Of a stretch of 64,000 bases of DNA, positions 38,591 to 47,402 are shown piece after piece. Where the stretch lies: the NCBI GenBank assembly GCA_963719225.1, contig CAVRAY010000001.1, positions 3,616,001-3,680,000 of the forward strand. The letters run 5' to 3'. How positions within the stretch are numbered: the stretch's first letter is position 1; every line of letters begins with the position of its first letter. The notes under the pieces were generated by a model, which saw only the letters and a program-made list of their open reading frames with translations, made no database searches and was not told the origin of the DNA. The translations under genes were made by a program, and so were the position numbers. This DNA comes from Thermoanaerobaculia bacterium (lineage in GTDB: Bacteria > Acidobacteriota > Thermoanaerobaculia > UBA5066).

Positions 38591-39844
38591 TCACTTGAGC
38601 GCGATCCTCGGAAAAGCGTCCCAGGCCGAGGTGTCTGAAAGGATCACCCGGTCGCCCTCTTTCAAGCCTTCGACGATCTCCACGTTCGAAACCGAGCTCC
38701 TGCCTAGCTTCACTTTGACTCTCTGAGCCTGGCGGCCGTCCGCAATCAAGCGGAAGAGCCCGACGACGCCCTGATCCTGTCCGAGCGAAGGGCGCCCCAC
38801 GTACAGGATGTCCCCCAGACGTTCAAGCTCGACGGTGCCTTCCACAGAGAGGTCGGGACGAGCACCCTTCGGCAACGGCTCCGTTGGCACGACGTCCACG
38901 GTTACGGTGCCGTTCTGCACGGCCGGGTCGATTCGCGAGACGCGCCCAGCAACGATGCCATTGCGCGTGTCAACAGTGGCGGGCAGGCCGATGGTGAGGT
39001 CCTTCGCCTGCGTCTCGGCGACCTTCAGCTCGGCCTTCAATCGGTCCTGGTTCGCGACACGCGCGAGATTCATGCCGGGCGTCACGCGCTGGCCGACCGC
39101 AACCGACACCTGTTGCAGGGTGCCCGCGATCCCCGCGCGGACATGCAAGGCATCGACCTGGCTACGCTTTAGGAGTGCGAGCGCGTGGAGCTGGGCAACG
39201 CGGGCTTCCTGAGCCGCGAGCTGCGCAGAAACCGATTCGGACACTATCGCCAGTCGCCGAGCCTCGAGTTCATTGCGGCGCGCCGCTTCCTCGGCGGTCA
39301 CGCGCGCCAATTTCACACTCAGATCGGCGAGGAGCCCTTGCCTGAACATCTCCTCGTCGACGTCGGCCTTCAGCTTCGCCTGCCGATTCTCAGATTCAAC
39401 GCGTGCAGCCGTGGTCCTCTCGTCGATGTTCTGGCGCTCAAGCGACACCTTCAGGTTTCGAAGCTCCGCTTCGGCGGCCTTCATCTGAAGTTCCGCGTCA
39501 CTCGCCGCGAGCCCCACTTCAGGGTTACTCATTTCGATGATGACCGTACCCGGCGTTACAACGGCACCGGGGAGGATGACGATTCGGTCGACTCGCGCGT
39601 CAGTGGTGGCGGGAATCCAAGAGACGTCTTCGGGGACCAGGGTTCCGGGGCCGCGTACCTGGCGGAGCATTGAGCCTCGTTTCACCGTGTCAATCCATAG
39701 TGCCGACCTCTCCACCCCGGGGAGTGCCGGCGTGAGCCGCGAGAGCCCCAGTGTGATCAGGCCGATGGCCGCAACGAGCAACGCACCCATTGCCAGGCGT
39801 CGCACCCGCACCCCCCGCGGATCTACCTCTCTCGCGATGTCCAC
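38591..39844 (-). CDS. Efflux periplasmic adaptor (HlyD/MacA-like)
   Basis: TM anchor, VRGPGTLVP, coiled coil, GRVSRIDPAV..GTVTVDV; probable GTG start giving MDIARE. Confidence 0.88.
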   Translation of the reverse strand: MDIAREVDPRGVRVRRLAMGALLVAAIGLITLGLSRLTPALPGVERSALWIDTVKRGSMLRQVRGPGTLVPEDVSWIPATTDARVDRIVILPGAVVTPGTVIIEMSNPEVGLAASDAELQMKAAEAELRNLKVSLERQNIDERTTAARVESENRQAKLKADVDEEMFRQGLLADLSVKLARVTAEEAARRNELEARRLAIVSESVSAQLAAQEARVAQLHALALLKRSQVDALHVRAGIAGTLQQVSVAVGQRVTPGMNLARVANQDRLKAELKVAETQAKDLTIGLPATVDTRNGIVAGRVSRIDPAVQNGTVTVDVVPTEPLPKGARPDLSVEGTVELERLGDILYVGRPSLGQDQGVVGLFRLIADGRQAQRVKVKLGRSSVSNVEIVEGLKEGDRVILSDTSAWDAFPRIALK

Positions 39845-39858
39845 CAGTTCCAGCAATA

Positions 39859-39873
39859 ACAACTCGCATGCCA
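39859..39873 (-). promoter_or_regulatory. Candidate sigma54 (-24/-12) promoter
   Basis: TGGCAT-GCGAG-TTGT versus consensus TGGCAC-N5-TTGC; upstream of an operon that encodes its own sigma54 activator. Confidence 0.55.
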
Positions 39874-39936
39874 CGACGAAGCAGCGGCTAAGAACCTGTG
39901 GCTGGACGCGTTGACGCGTTCTTCATTCCTTCCCAC

Positions 39937-39972
39937 TGTCCGAAAGTGGCCACCGGCGTCCGGAAGTGGACA
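39937..39972. promoter_or_regulatory. Tandem enhancer (UAS) candidate, TGTCC-N6-GGACA
   Basis: TGTCCGAAAGTGGCCA and CGTCCGGAAGTGGACA with 20 bp periodicity. Confidence 0.6.
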
Positions 39973-40268
39973 CAACTACTACGGCTCTCTGCGAGGCATG
40001 CAGCACTGTCTTTCGAAGGTCCTCCGGCACGGCGGGTAGCTCCAGCCATCGGAGGGCCTCGAGGCCAGGCGCGACGGCTTCGCCCGTTCGGCCACGAGGT
40101 CTCGGTCCGGGCGCCAGCCCCATTCGACGTTGCACGCTTAGGTAGACGTACCAGCCTTCCCTTTCAGTCACAACCTAGGACACATCGACCACCTCTGCTC
40201 TTAGCTGCTTCGCGTCGGAGACCCCGCGAGGAGTCCCGTCGGGCCGTAACCTGAATTGGATCGCCTTC

Positions 40269-41075
40269 TTACGGCTCGAATGCAGAGAAAGGTCGGTAGT
40301 TCGTCCCCGAGATCACTATGGAGGTTGCGCGCGCGGCGTCGGATGGAACAACCTCGAGGCCGTAGGAGCCCGCGCACCCCGAAAACCTAAGGGGCGTCCC
40401 TCTGGAAAGGCGTTCCCAGTCGTAGACCCGAAGCCTGAACAAGCATATGGGTACGGGCTTTCCTGAACCGCGGTCGACGGCGTCATCCCAGACGCATTCG
40501 TAAAGGCACTTCGCGTTTCTCGTCAAGACGGAATCAACCCTCCCGACGGCCGCGTTGTTCTTCAGCGTAGCCACAGCTCGCTTGAACATCTCCGGGTCGT
40601 CGACCGCGAACGGCGTACCGTCCCTGATGATGCCGGCCATGATCGGGCCCATCACCACGCGTGGCGATGCTTCTGGCAGAAAGGAGCGGTAAAGCGCCGA
40701 ATGGAAGCCGCGCACCCAGCGCCAGATGAAGCCCTTGAGATCGTCGCTCACTGCCCCGAGGCCTGGCGGTAGCTCCGACGGCGCGGAGAGCTTCGCTCTT
40801 CTCTTTGCTGCGGGCCGGGAGTGGCCCTGGAGAAGCTCGACCAGTTCCCCCATGACCTGGTCCGCTCCTGACTGGTTTTCGTTGCAAGACTTATGCGCTG
40901 GCAGGATGAGCGGCGGCGTGCGATCCGACGGCAGGAAAAGCGAATTCGGGGGAACGTGCTCGCGCGTCCAAGTCTTGTCGCCTCCCTTGGAGCCAATCGG
41001 AAGGCCGCAAAGGTAGCAGAAGGAAATCGTCTGCAAGGGCCGAAAATCTGCCTGCGCTCCCAGCCGAATCGACAT
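40269..41075 (-). CDS. HNH-endonuclease-like protein
   Basis: CYLCG..TREHVPP..PAHKSCN zinc/HNH pattern at the N-terminus. Confidence 0.7.
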   Translation of the reverse strand: MSIRLGAQADFRPLQTISFCYLCGLPIGSKGGDKTWTREHVPPNSLFLPSDRTPPLILPAHKSCNENQSGADQVMGELVELLQGHSRPAAKRRAKLSAPSELPPGLGAVSDDLKGFIWRWVRGFHSALYRSFLPEASPRVVMGPIMAGIIRDGTPFAVDDPEMFKRAVATLKNNAAVGRVDSVLTRNAKCLYECVWDDAVDRGSGKPVPICLFRLRVYDWERLSRGTPLRFSGCAGSYGLEVVPSDAARATSIVISGTNYRPFSAFEP

Positions 41076-41106
41076 CTTCAGGCGGTTCGAAGCGAGAACT
41101 TTCGCC

Positions 41107-42183
41107 TCAATGTGGCGAGAATCCGAGTTTGCGGCGGCGCCGCTTCATCAGCTCGGCATAGTCGTCGATGGAGAATGACTCAAGAAGTTCGGAGAACGTC
41201 GCGAAGCGGGCCTGCTGCACACGGTCGCCGAATACCTCCCGGAACCGCGGGAGAAGGTCCTGGGCACTCGGGTCGATTATCAGAACTTCTCTCGCAGTCA
41301 ATCGCGCGGCGCTCGCTCGCAGGAGGTTGCGAAGCGTGCTGTCGGAGGGGTGCAGGGAAAACCCGGCGAAGATGATTCGGTCAGCGGTCGTGAGCGCCTC
41401 GCCGGCGCGGCGCCAGATCGAGCTGATCGCTGGGTTCGCATAAATCTTTTCATACGTCGGCGGCACGATCACCGGTTCGCAGTTCGATCTCCCGCACGCC
41501 GAACACTTCTTCCAGCCGTCCATCGCAGCTTCAGCGCCGAACTTGAAGAGAGAGTCGAGGCTATAGGTCTCGCAATCTACGCACCTGGCCCAGCCGATTG
41601 ATCCGTGTAGCTTCAGCAGGGGGAGCGACTGGCGTTCATTGCCCAGCCGTTTGAGCTGCCACCGTTCGGAGTCGGGCGCCAGCTTCATGCCCTCCACGCC
41701 GTAGTCGATCCATCCCCGACATGAGATGTCGACTGGGTCCCCCGGCCCATATGTGATGAGGCTATCCATGTTGGCCAACACACACTCGATCAGGGCGTCG
41801 TAGTTGGTGGTCACCAGCGTTGAACCGGACTCCTGCGCTTCATAGAGGAGCGTTTCGAGCCCCTGGGGGTGATGGTCGACGAACGCCTGCAGCGTGCCGA
41901 GCCGCCTAAATAGTGCGATCTGCAGGTTGTGCGCCTCGTTCCCGTGCCCCGGCTGACCGTACACAGCGGACAGCGCATCTTCCAGCCGGAGCGCCCCAAA
42001 CCCTGCCGGCAGCCGCCCCGTCGAAATGTCCTCGGAAAGCTGCTTGATCGCCGCCGGCGGGGGATCCCCATCCGGGTAGTTCGAGTGATCCAGGAGGTGG
42101 TCGACCGTAAGCTCGGAAGCGAGCGGCATCGAGGGCAGGATTGACTTGGACGCACCCGCGCCGAGGAAGTAGACGGTGCTCAT
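41107..42183 (-). CDS. SIR2-like (SIR2_2) protein with Zn ribbon
   Basis: YFLGAGAS, VTTNYD, LLKLHGS, CxxC..CxxC, IVPPTYEK, FAGFS..SD. Confidence 0.88.
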   Translation of the reverse strand: MSTVYFLGAGASKSILPSMPLASELTVDHLLDHSNYPDGDPPPAAIKQLSEDISTGRLPAGFGALRLEDALSAVYGQPGHGNEAHNLQIALFRRLGTLQAFVDHHPQGLETLLYEAQESGSTLVTTNYDALIECVLANMDSLITYGPGDPVDISCRGWIDYGVEGMKLAPDSERWQLKRLGNERQSLPLLKLHGSIGWARCVDCETYSLDSLFKFGAEAAMDGWKKCSACGRSNCEPVIVPPTYEKIYANPAISSIWRRAGEALTTADRIIFAGFSLHPSDSTLRNLLRASAARLTAREVLIIDPSAQDLLPRFREVFGDRVQQARFATFSELLESFSIDDYAELMKRRRRKLGFSPH

Positions 42184-42234
42184 CGATTACTCTTCAAGAA
42201 ACCTCGTTAGTGGGGCGCCTACCGATGCGAGGCA

Positions 42235-42873
42235 GTGAGGGGCGAAGTGGATTCTAAGGAACGCGCGTTGATCACGGGTCTGCTCGGCCGGGTCCAGGCC
42301 CTGGAGTTCGATGAGCACCACGCTCTGAGCCTACTGATTCTGCTCCGGCGCCACGCGGCGTCGAAGGCACCGCTGGCCGCGGAGCTCGGCGACTTCGTCG
42401 CACACCGCGAGCGAGACCGTGGCCTTCTGCTTCGTTTCTTGAAGCAGGTCCAGGGAGCGTTACTACCCGGCGGACAGGCACCGACTCACTACGACACGCC
42501 GGTGAGTGTTCCCGTTCTTCACGATCAACTGAACGCGCTCTTCGCGGAGCTCTCGATGTCTCCGATCCGCTTCGAGCATGCAGAGTGCCTGGCCCTGGTC
42601 GTCGCGGCGCTCCTCGACCGCGTGGAATTCCCGGTTCACGGGGCGCGGAGATCGAGGTTGCTCTTCGGATTTAATGCTCAGTTTGCTGGCCTGTTCGGCG
42701 AGGTCCCCCTTCTTTCAGCCATCGTCGCATTCCCCGTCATGGCGGTCCGCAACCGTTTCTTCGAATCCCCGTTCGATGACCCCGAAACCTACTGGTTCCC
42801 TGACCGCCGCTTCACCGTTTCAGCGGCATGCCACGACGGAACCGTCGGCTTCGCACAGAGCCCAGCGCTATGA
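42235..42873 (+). CDS. Hypothetical protein (possible divergent HEPN-like)
   Basis: 212 aa, helical, ELGDFVAHRERDRG; ATGA-coupled to the next gene. Confidence 0.55.
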   Translation: MRGEVDSKERALITGLLGRVQALEFDEHHALSLLILLRRHAASKAPLAAELGDFVAHRERDRGLLLRFLKQVQGALLPGGQAPTHYDTPVSVPVLHDQLNALFAELSMSPIRFEHAECLALVVAALLDRVEFPVHGARRSRLLFGFNAQFAGLFGEVPLLSAIVAFPVMAVRNRFFESPFDDPETYWFPDRRFTVSAACHDGTVGFAQSPAL

Positions 42874-44525
42874 GCTGGATCAGCGAGGGGGATCGTGACT
42901 GCCTCTATCTCTGGGAACTACCCGGACTCGCTTGGAGCGGGGCCTTCTTACGCCTCGCGGAGGAGTTTGGAGTAAAGCCGCCGGAGAGTCCGGCATTTCA
43001 CGACATCGTTCGGATGGGATGGCTCATTCCACGGCGTCGCGTGAGGCTCCCGGAATCAGTCGTTCGGGCGATCCACGGTGAGCTCAGCCTGGATAACGTG
43101 CCCGAAGCCGACCACTGGGCTCTTCACCTTTGGAACCGCTGCCGTAGCTTCTTCCCGGAGCATGTCAATGATGTCGCGGTCGCCTTCACGGGTAGCTGGT
43201 ACCGCCCCCCACTAGAGCTTGACGGTGACGACCTTGCCCGATCCGTTCAGGAAAACACCATCCCGGCCGACACGGAAGAAACGAGCCGGCCTTTGGTTCG
43301 GCTGAAACGGGGAGATGAGGTTCCTGCGTGGCTCGACTTCTTCGCATTCTGGCAGGTTTATGAGCTCGTGGAGATCCTCGGCTCTAGCCGCCTCTTTGCG
43401 CCCGTCCGTAACACCCCCAACGCGCGTGCCGATCTGGAACAGGTGGTGGCGCGTTTCGACTGGTTTAAGGGGGTCTCCGATGGTCGTATCAAGGCTGTCA
43501 CCGAAACGTGGCAGCGACGAGCGCCGGTGTTCGAGTGGGTCGGCAGGTATCGCACCCTTCTCGGCATTTGGCTCGGGAGAAAAGGGTCGCGCGACGACAT
43601 GACCGCCGCCGCAAACGCGCTCGCATCAGACCTTGGGCTGAGCGCCGATGCAATGAGGGTAGGGATCAGAGACACGCTGCTCATTCTTTGGAACGACATC
43701 GACTGGAGAAACGGCTGGGAGGACTTGCCGGATGCGGCCTTGGAACGGCTGAGGCAAGACATCTACTGGGCAGTCCAGTTTCTCGGGCAAGTGACGGGTG
43801 ATGCCATTGACCTCGACGACGCGTTCTGGAGCCCACCAGACCGAATGGCCAGGGAGTGGGCGGCGCTCCCCGACGTCCTGTCATTCGAATGGCACGAAGC
43901 GAAGGAGAGCTTTACCCGAAACGCTCTCCACTACCTCGAGGCATTCAACAAGGCCTCCTCGCCCGGGGGCTCATTCGATGAAGCGGCCCTCGCCAAGCAA
44001 GCGGAACGAATGAACGCCTCGGTGCCCTTCCGTCGCTTCATGCTCGCGTTTTTTCGTTTGCATCAACATGTTGGCGGGGCGATCAACAGGTCGACACGGA
44101 TTCAGCTCCAGGAAGAGACGCCGATCGATTTTCTCCTGCTCTGCGCCCTGTTCGCGGAGAAGGTCGTTGGCGAGGCGTATCTCGCGAAGAATCGGGGGGC
44201 GGCCCTCCCGAGGTTCAACAAGCTCGTCCACTGGCTCTCGGGTGAGGTGGAGACTGCGAAGGGTCTGAATGGGCTCCGAACGAAGGTTGCGAGTCGGCTG
44301 AAATCCGGCGAGACGGAGCTCTACGACCTTCCTCAAACGCGTCGAATCCCCTTCAATGTCCCGACGGCGAGCTCTGAAGAAGCGATCGTTGAAGAGGCCT
44401 TCGTGAACTTCGCCAAGATCCGAAACTACGCGGCGCACCATGATGTCCTCGATTTCGAGCTTATTCACACCCCGGCCGCGGTGCACGTCTTGGAATCGCT
44501 GCTGCTCGTGGTTCTGTTGACCTGA
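42870..44525 (+). CDS. Hypothetical protein with C-terminal HEPN-like RxxxxH motif
   Basis: About 551 aa; FAKIRNYAAHH in a helical C-terminal region. Confidence 0.6.
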   Translation: MSWISEGDRDCLYLWELPGLAWSGAFLRLAEEFGVKPPESPAFHDIVRMGWLIPRRRVRLPESVVRAIHGELSLDNVPEADHWALHLWNRCRSFFPEHVNDVAVAFTGSWYRPPLELDGDDLARSVQENTIPADTEETSRPLVRLKRGDEVPAWLDFFAFWQVYELVEILGSSRLFAPVRNTPNARADLEQVVARFDWFKGVSDGRIKAVTETWQRRAPVFEWVGRYRTLLGIWLGRKGSRDDMTAAANALASDLGLSADAMRVGIRDTLLILWNDIDWRNGWEDLPDAALERLRQDIYWAVQFLGQVTGDAIDLDDAFWSPPDRMAREWAALPDVLSFEWHEAKESFTRNALHYLEAFNKASSPGGSFDEAALAKQAERMNASVPFRRFMLAFFRLHQHVGGAINRSTRIQLQEETPIDFLLLCALFAEKVVGEAYLAKNRGAALPRFNKLVHWLSGEVETAKGLNGLRTKVASRLKSGETELYDLPQTRRIPFNVPTASSEEAIVEEAFVNFAKIRNYAAHHDVLDFELIHTPAAVHVLESLLLVVLLT

Positions 44526-44549
44526 TGGTTAGGGGAAGCAGCGCCGCCC

Positions 44550-45011
44550 TCACACGAGCGGCTTTACTTCTCCGCTGGGTCTGATGATCTTCACGAACGG
44601 CGGCGTCTGCTTGCGCACCGCTCGCACGATCCGAGCGAGACCCTTCGCGAACGCCTCGATCTGCGTTGCCGACGACATGGTGGCGCTCGAAAAGTAGAAG
44701 GCGCGCACCTTCGCGCGCTTAAGGGCATCTAGCTCATCTGGCTTCCGGCTCTGCCGGCGATCCGACGAGATGAGAACCCATCCGCTGCGCCCCACGTCAG
44801 GCAGCCACTCGAGGTCGGGCGCGCCGCGAGCGAATTCCGTGCGGCTTCTCTTAACGTCGAGCCCGAGCCCTTGGAGTGCAGACGCAAGATCGTCCCCGTC
44901 GACGTTCGCGTCGAGGAAGAAGGGCGGCAGCCCCGAGGTATCAGGCCGCTTTCCGCTTCGCCCGCTGCTCGAACGCGACCGCTTGCTCGACTTGATCTTT
45001 CGTGAGGTCAA
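44550..45011 (-). CDS. PIN-domain toxin (VapC45/PIN_10-like); start uncertain
   Basis: FFLDANV..APDLEWL..VG..GWVLISSDRR..E..AL..AKVRAF. Confidence 0.8.
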   Translation of the reverse strand: MTSRKIKSSKRSRSSSGRSGKRPDTSGLPPFFLDANVDGDDLASALQGLGLDVKRSRTEFARGAPDLEWLPDVGRSGWVLISSDRRQSRKPDELDALKRAKVRAFYFSSATMSSATQIEAFAKGLARIVRAVRKQTPPFVKIIRPSGEVKPLV

Positions 45012-45666
45012 GGTCTTTTGAAACAGCTTCGACGCTGTCGCCCGCCGCAACTCTCCCGCTGATGATTTCCGTACGCACCCGCGTCCCGGTCACAACGGGG
45101 TGACCGAAGGCGATTCGCGGGTCCACGGCAATCGGCCTTTCCGTGTCCGAGATCACCACGGGGAAAAAGCGAACGGGCCCGGTCGCGTCACGCTCGATTC
45201 GTTTGAGGTGTGACTCGATGAGCTTCTCAATCAGGATCTGCTCGGGTCGGTTCAGGTCGATCAGCTTGCCGAACTTCCGGACGAAGAGATCAACGCCGTC
45301 CGTCAGAAAGTCGACGAATGCGAGGGGATGAGGCTGGGAGTGGTAGCCCGGCAGCACCTCAAGGGCCTTGCGGATCTGCTGCATCGTGAGATCGTGCTCC
45401 CGCCGAAGAGCCCGCAGGAACTGTGCTTCCATCAGGTTGATGAAGGACAGCATGGCGTTAGCAGGCTCGGGAAGCTCGAGGAGCGCGTCGGCGCGCTTCT
45501 GACCAGCCTGGACAGGGTACTTTCGCCCGAGAGCCCAGGTTCGTAGCGTCGCGGGGTTGAGGTCGAGGCAGAGCGCAGCCTCACGAATCCCATAGAAGGG
45601 AATGTCGCGCGGATCTCGACCTCCGTAGATGTCGTCTCTGGCGGGCGTAACTAGCGGCAGCCCCAT
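44941..45666 (-). CDS. DUF433/VapB45-like antitoxin
   Basis: FYGIREAA..TLRTW HTH, LSFINLMEA, VDPRIAFGHPVVTGTRVRTE. Confidence 0.88.
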   Translation of the reverse strand: MGLPLVTPARDDIYGGRDPRDIPFYGIREAALCLDLNPATLRTWALGRKYPVQAGQKRADALLELPEPANAMLSFINLMEAQFLRALRREHDLTMQQIRKALEVLPGYHSQPHPLAFVDFLTDGVDLFVRKFGKLIDLNRPEQILIEKLIESHLKRIERDATGPVRFFPVVISDTERPIAVDPRIAFGHPVVTGTRVRTEIISGRVAAGDSVEAVSKDLDLTKDQVEQAVAFEQRAKRKAA

Positions 45667-45770
45667 GGGCGGATTATGACCCACTGACTTGAGGCCGTCT
45701 GCCACGACCGGGATGAGCCCAGGGCTGGCCCCAGCGTCGCTTCTCCCGCTTCCGGGGGCTACCGCCGGGC

Positions 45771-45798
45771 TTGACATATTACAGAAAATATCTGTAAT
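45771..45798 (+). promoter_or_regulatory. Integrase promoter with overlapping operator
   Basis: TTGACA-16 nt-TGTAAT containing the palindrome ATTACAGA-AAATA-TCTGTAAT. Confidence 0.7.
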
Positions 45799-45897
45799 TT
45801 TGTTCCGCACGATGTGGAGTTCTACTGTTCCCCGCCGGGCTCAATTGCCGCTTGACACGATTCATGCAGAAGCGCCCCAGCGGGCAGGAAACGCACC

Positions 45898-46956
45898 GTG
45901 GCCTGGTTGATGAGGCGAAACGACCGCGGGGGCGGGTGGTACGTCTGCTTCCATACGGCGGGCGGGAAGGAAGTCCGACGGGCGGCCGGAAAGTCACGCC
46001 GAACAGCCGAGCGGATCAAGGCGAAGATCGAGACCCAGCTACGCGAAAGCAAGTTCTTCAACCGCGACCAGACATCGACGTGGACGCTTGAGCAGCTATC
46101 GGCTCTCTACCTCGAGCGTCTGGCCCGGCTTCGGCCGCGGTCGGCGCGGTGGCGGCGAGAGATGTACAGGCAGGTGCTCCGAGCCCTCGGCAGTGAGCTC
46201 CTCATCGAGGAAATCGAACTATCCACGCTTGACGCTTACGTGGAGAGACGGCGCGGGGAAGGAAAAGCGCCTTCGACGATCAATAGGGAACTGTCGGTCC
46301 TGCGCCATTCTCTGCATCTCGCGGCGCGCTGGAAGACGGAAACGAATCTCTCCCGCTACAGGCTCGCGGACTGGGAGCCGCTGCGTGAATCTCAGGACGC
46401 GCGCCAGGCCGTGTTCCTGACGGCCGAGCAGGTTGCGCGCGTGCTTGGCGCGGCCCACGGACGCGCGGCGGGAGGTGGACTGAACGAACGCCAGGGCGAG
46501 GCCGTGATCCGGCTCGCACTCGAGACCGGTGCGCGGCTCGGGGAAGTCCTAGGTCTCTCCTGGGCTGATCTGGATTCCAAAGGCGTGACCCGGATTCGAA
46601 CCGAGAAGAATGGTCCGGACCGGTGGGTCCAGCTCAATGAGTCGACCGTGCAGCTCCTCGAGTCGTTCCGCGATCAGCGAAACGGGAGCGGCCTCATCTT
46701 CCCGAGCGCGCTGACGGGCGCACAGCGTGTAGATATCCGCCGCTTCTGGCACGCGGTTCGGAAGATCGCGAACGTCGAGCACATCCGCTTTCACGATCTC
46801 CGGCACACCGCGGCCTCCGAGATGCTTCGTCGCGGCTTCCTGCTGCGTGAGGTGCAGTACGTCCTGGGCCATTCTTCGGCCCGGATGACGGAGCGATATG
46901 CTCACTTCGCTCCGACGTTCAAGGCGCCGAAAGCTCTGTCCTGGGCGGTACCGTAA
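45898..46956 (+). CDS. int: Tyrosine integrase with N-terminal arm-binding-like domain
   Basis: TGARLGE, TEKNG, FHDLRHT, LGHSS..MTERYAH catalytic set; ends 84 bp before the att repeat. Confidence 0.95.
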   Translation: MAWLMRRNDRGGGWYVCFHTAGGKEVRRAAGKSRRTAERIKAKIETQLRESKFFNRDQTSTWTLEQLSALYLERLARLRPRSARWRREMYRQVLRALGSELLIEEIELSTLDAYVERRRGEGKAPSTINRELSVLRHSLHLAARWKTETNLSRYRLADWEPLRESQDARQAVFLTAEQVARVLGAAHGRAAGGGLNERQGEAVIRLALETGARLGEVLGLSWADLDSKGVTRIRTEKNGPDRWVQLNESTVQLLESFRDQRNGSGLIFPSALTGAQRVDIRRFWHAVRKIANVEHIRFHDLRHTAASEMLRRGFLLREVQYVLGHSSARMTERYAHFAPTFKAPKALSWAVP

Positions 46957-47090
46957 ACGGTCAGGGGTTCCTGTCTCGGCTGCGCGCTGAGACGCTCGAA
47001 AGACCCCGCGTTTTCGGGCCAAACACCCCCGTTGTCCTTTATCGCACTCAGGAGGTCGTCAGTTCGATCCTGATCAGCTCCACCACTTTA
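46946..47090 (+). repeat. Right arm of B plus tRNA-Ala 3' fragment (internal att junction)
   Basis: CGGTACCGTAAACGGTCAGGGGT starts 95 bp before the ATCGCAC core, which begins the 50 bp tRNA repeat. Confidence 0.85.
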
Positions 47091-47174
47091 CGTAGCTTCC
47101 GAGAGCTCCGGTACAGCAAACGGTAACGGGTCGCGTGCTTGCGGTTTGGACCGGTTTCCGCTGAACTGAGAGCC

Positions 47175-47402
47175 ATGAAAAGCACGAAAACGAAGGCCGA
47201 GCCGCGTACGACGCGTGGCTCGCGTGACCTGAAGACCGCGCTCAAGAGAGCGGCCGCCGCGCTCGAGAAGGCGGCCATGGCCGCGCCCCGGACCCGCGGC
47301 TCTCGCGACCTGAAGGTAGAGATCGAGCGCGCGAAGAAGGCCGTCAAGAAGGCCACGGCGATTGCGCGGACGACACGCGGCTCTCGCGACCTGAAGAGCT
47401 GA
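47175..47402 (+). CDS. 75 aa RGSRDLK-repeat basic protein (copy 2)
   Basis: Same protein sequence as 29118-29345. Confidence 0.75.
   Translation: MKSTKTKAEPRTTRGSRDLKTALKRAAAALEKAAMAAPRTRGSRDLKVEIERAKKAVKKATAIARTTRGSRDLKS

Larger units (their letters stand above)
31240..47040. mobile_element. Integrase-bearing element B
   Basis: Bounded by ATCGCA cores at 31234 and 47041; integrase at the right end. Confidence 0.8.

Noticed and set aside
31240-47040. Prophage or ICE
   Set aside because: No structural, replication, relaxase or conjugation genes are recognisable.
47041-47090. Extra tRNA-Ala genes at 47041 and 49291
   Set aside because: Only the 3' part from the anticodon loop is present; these are att repeats.
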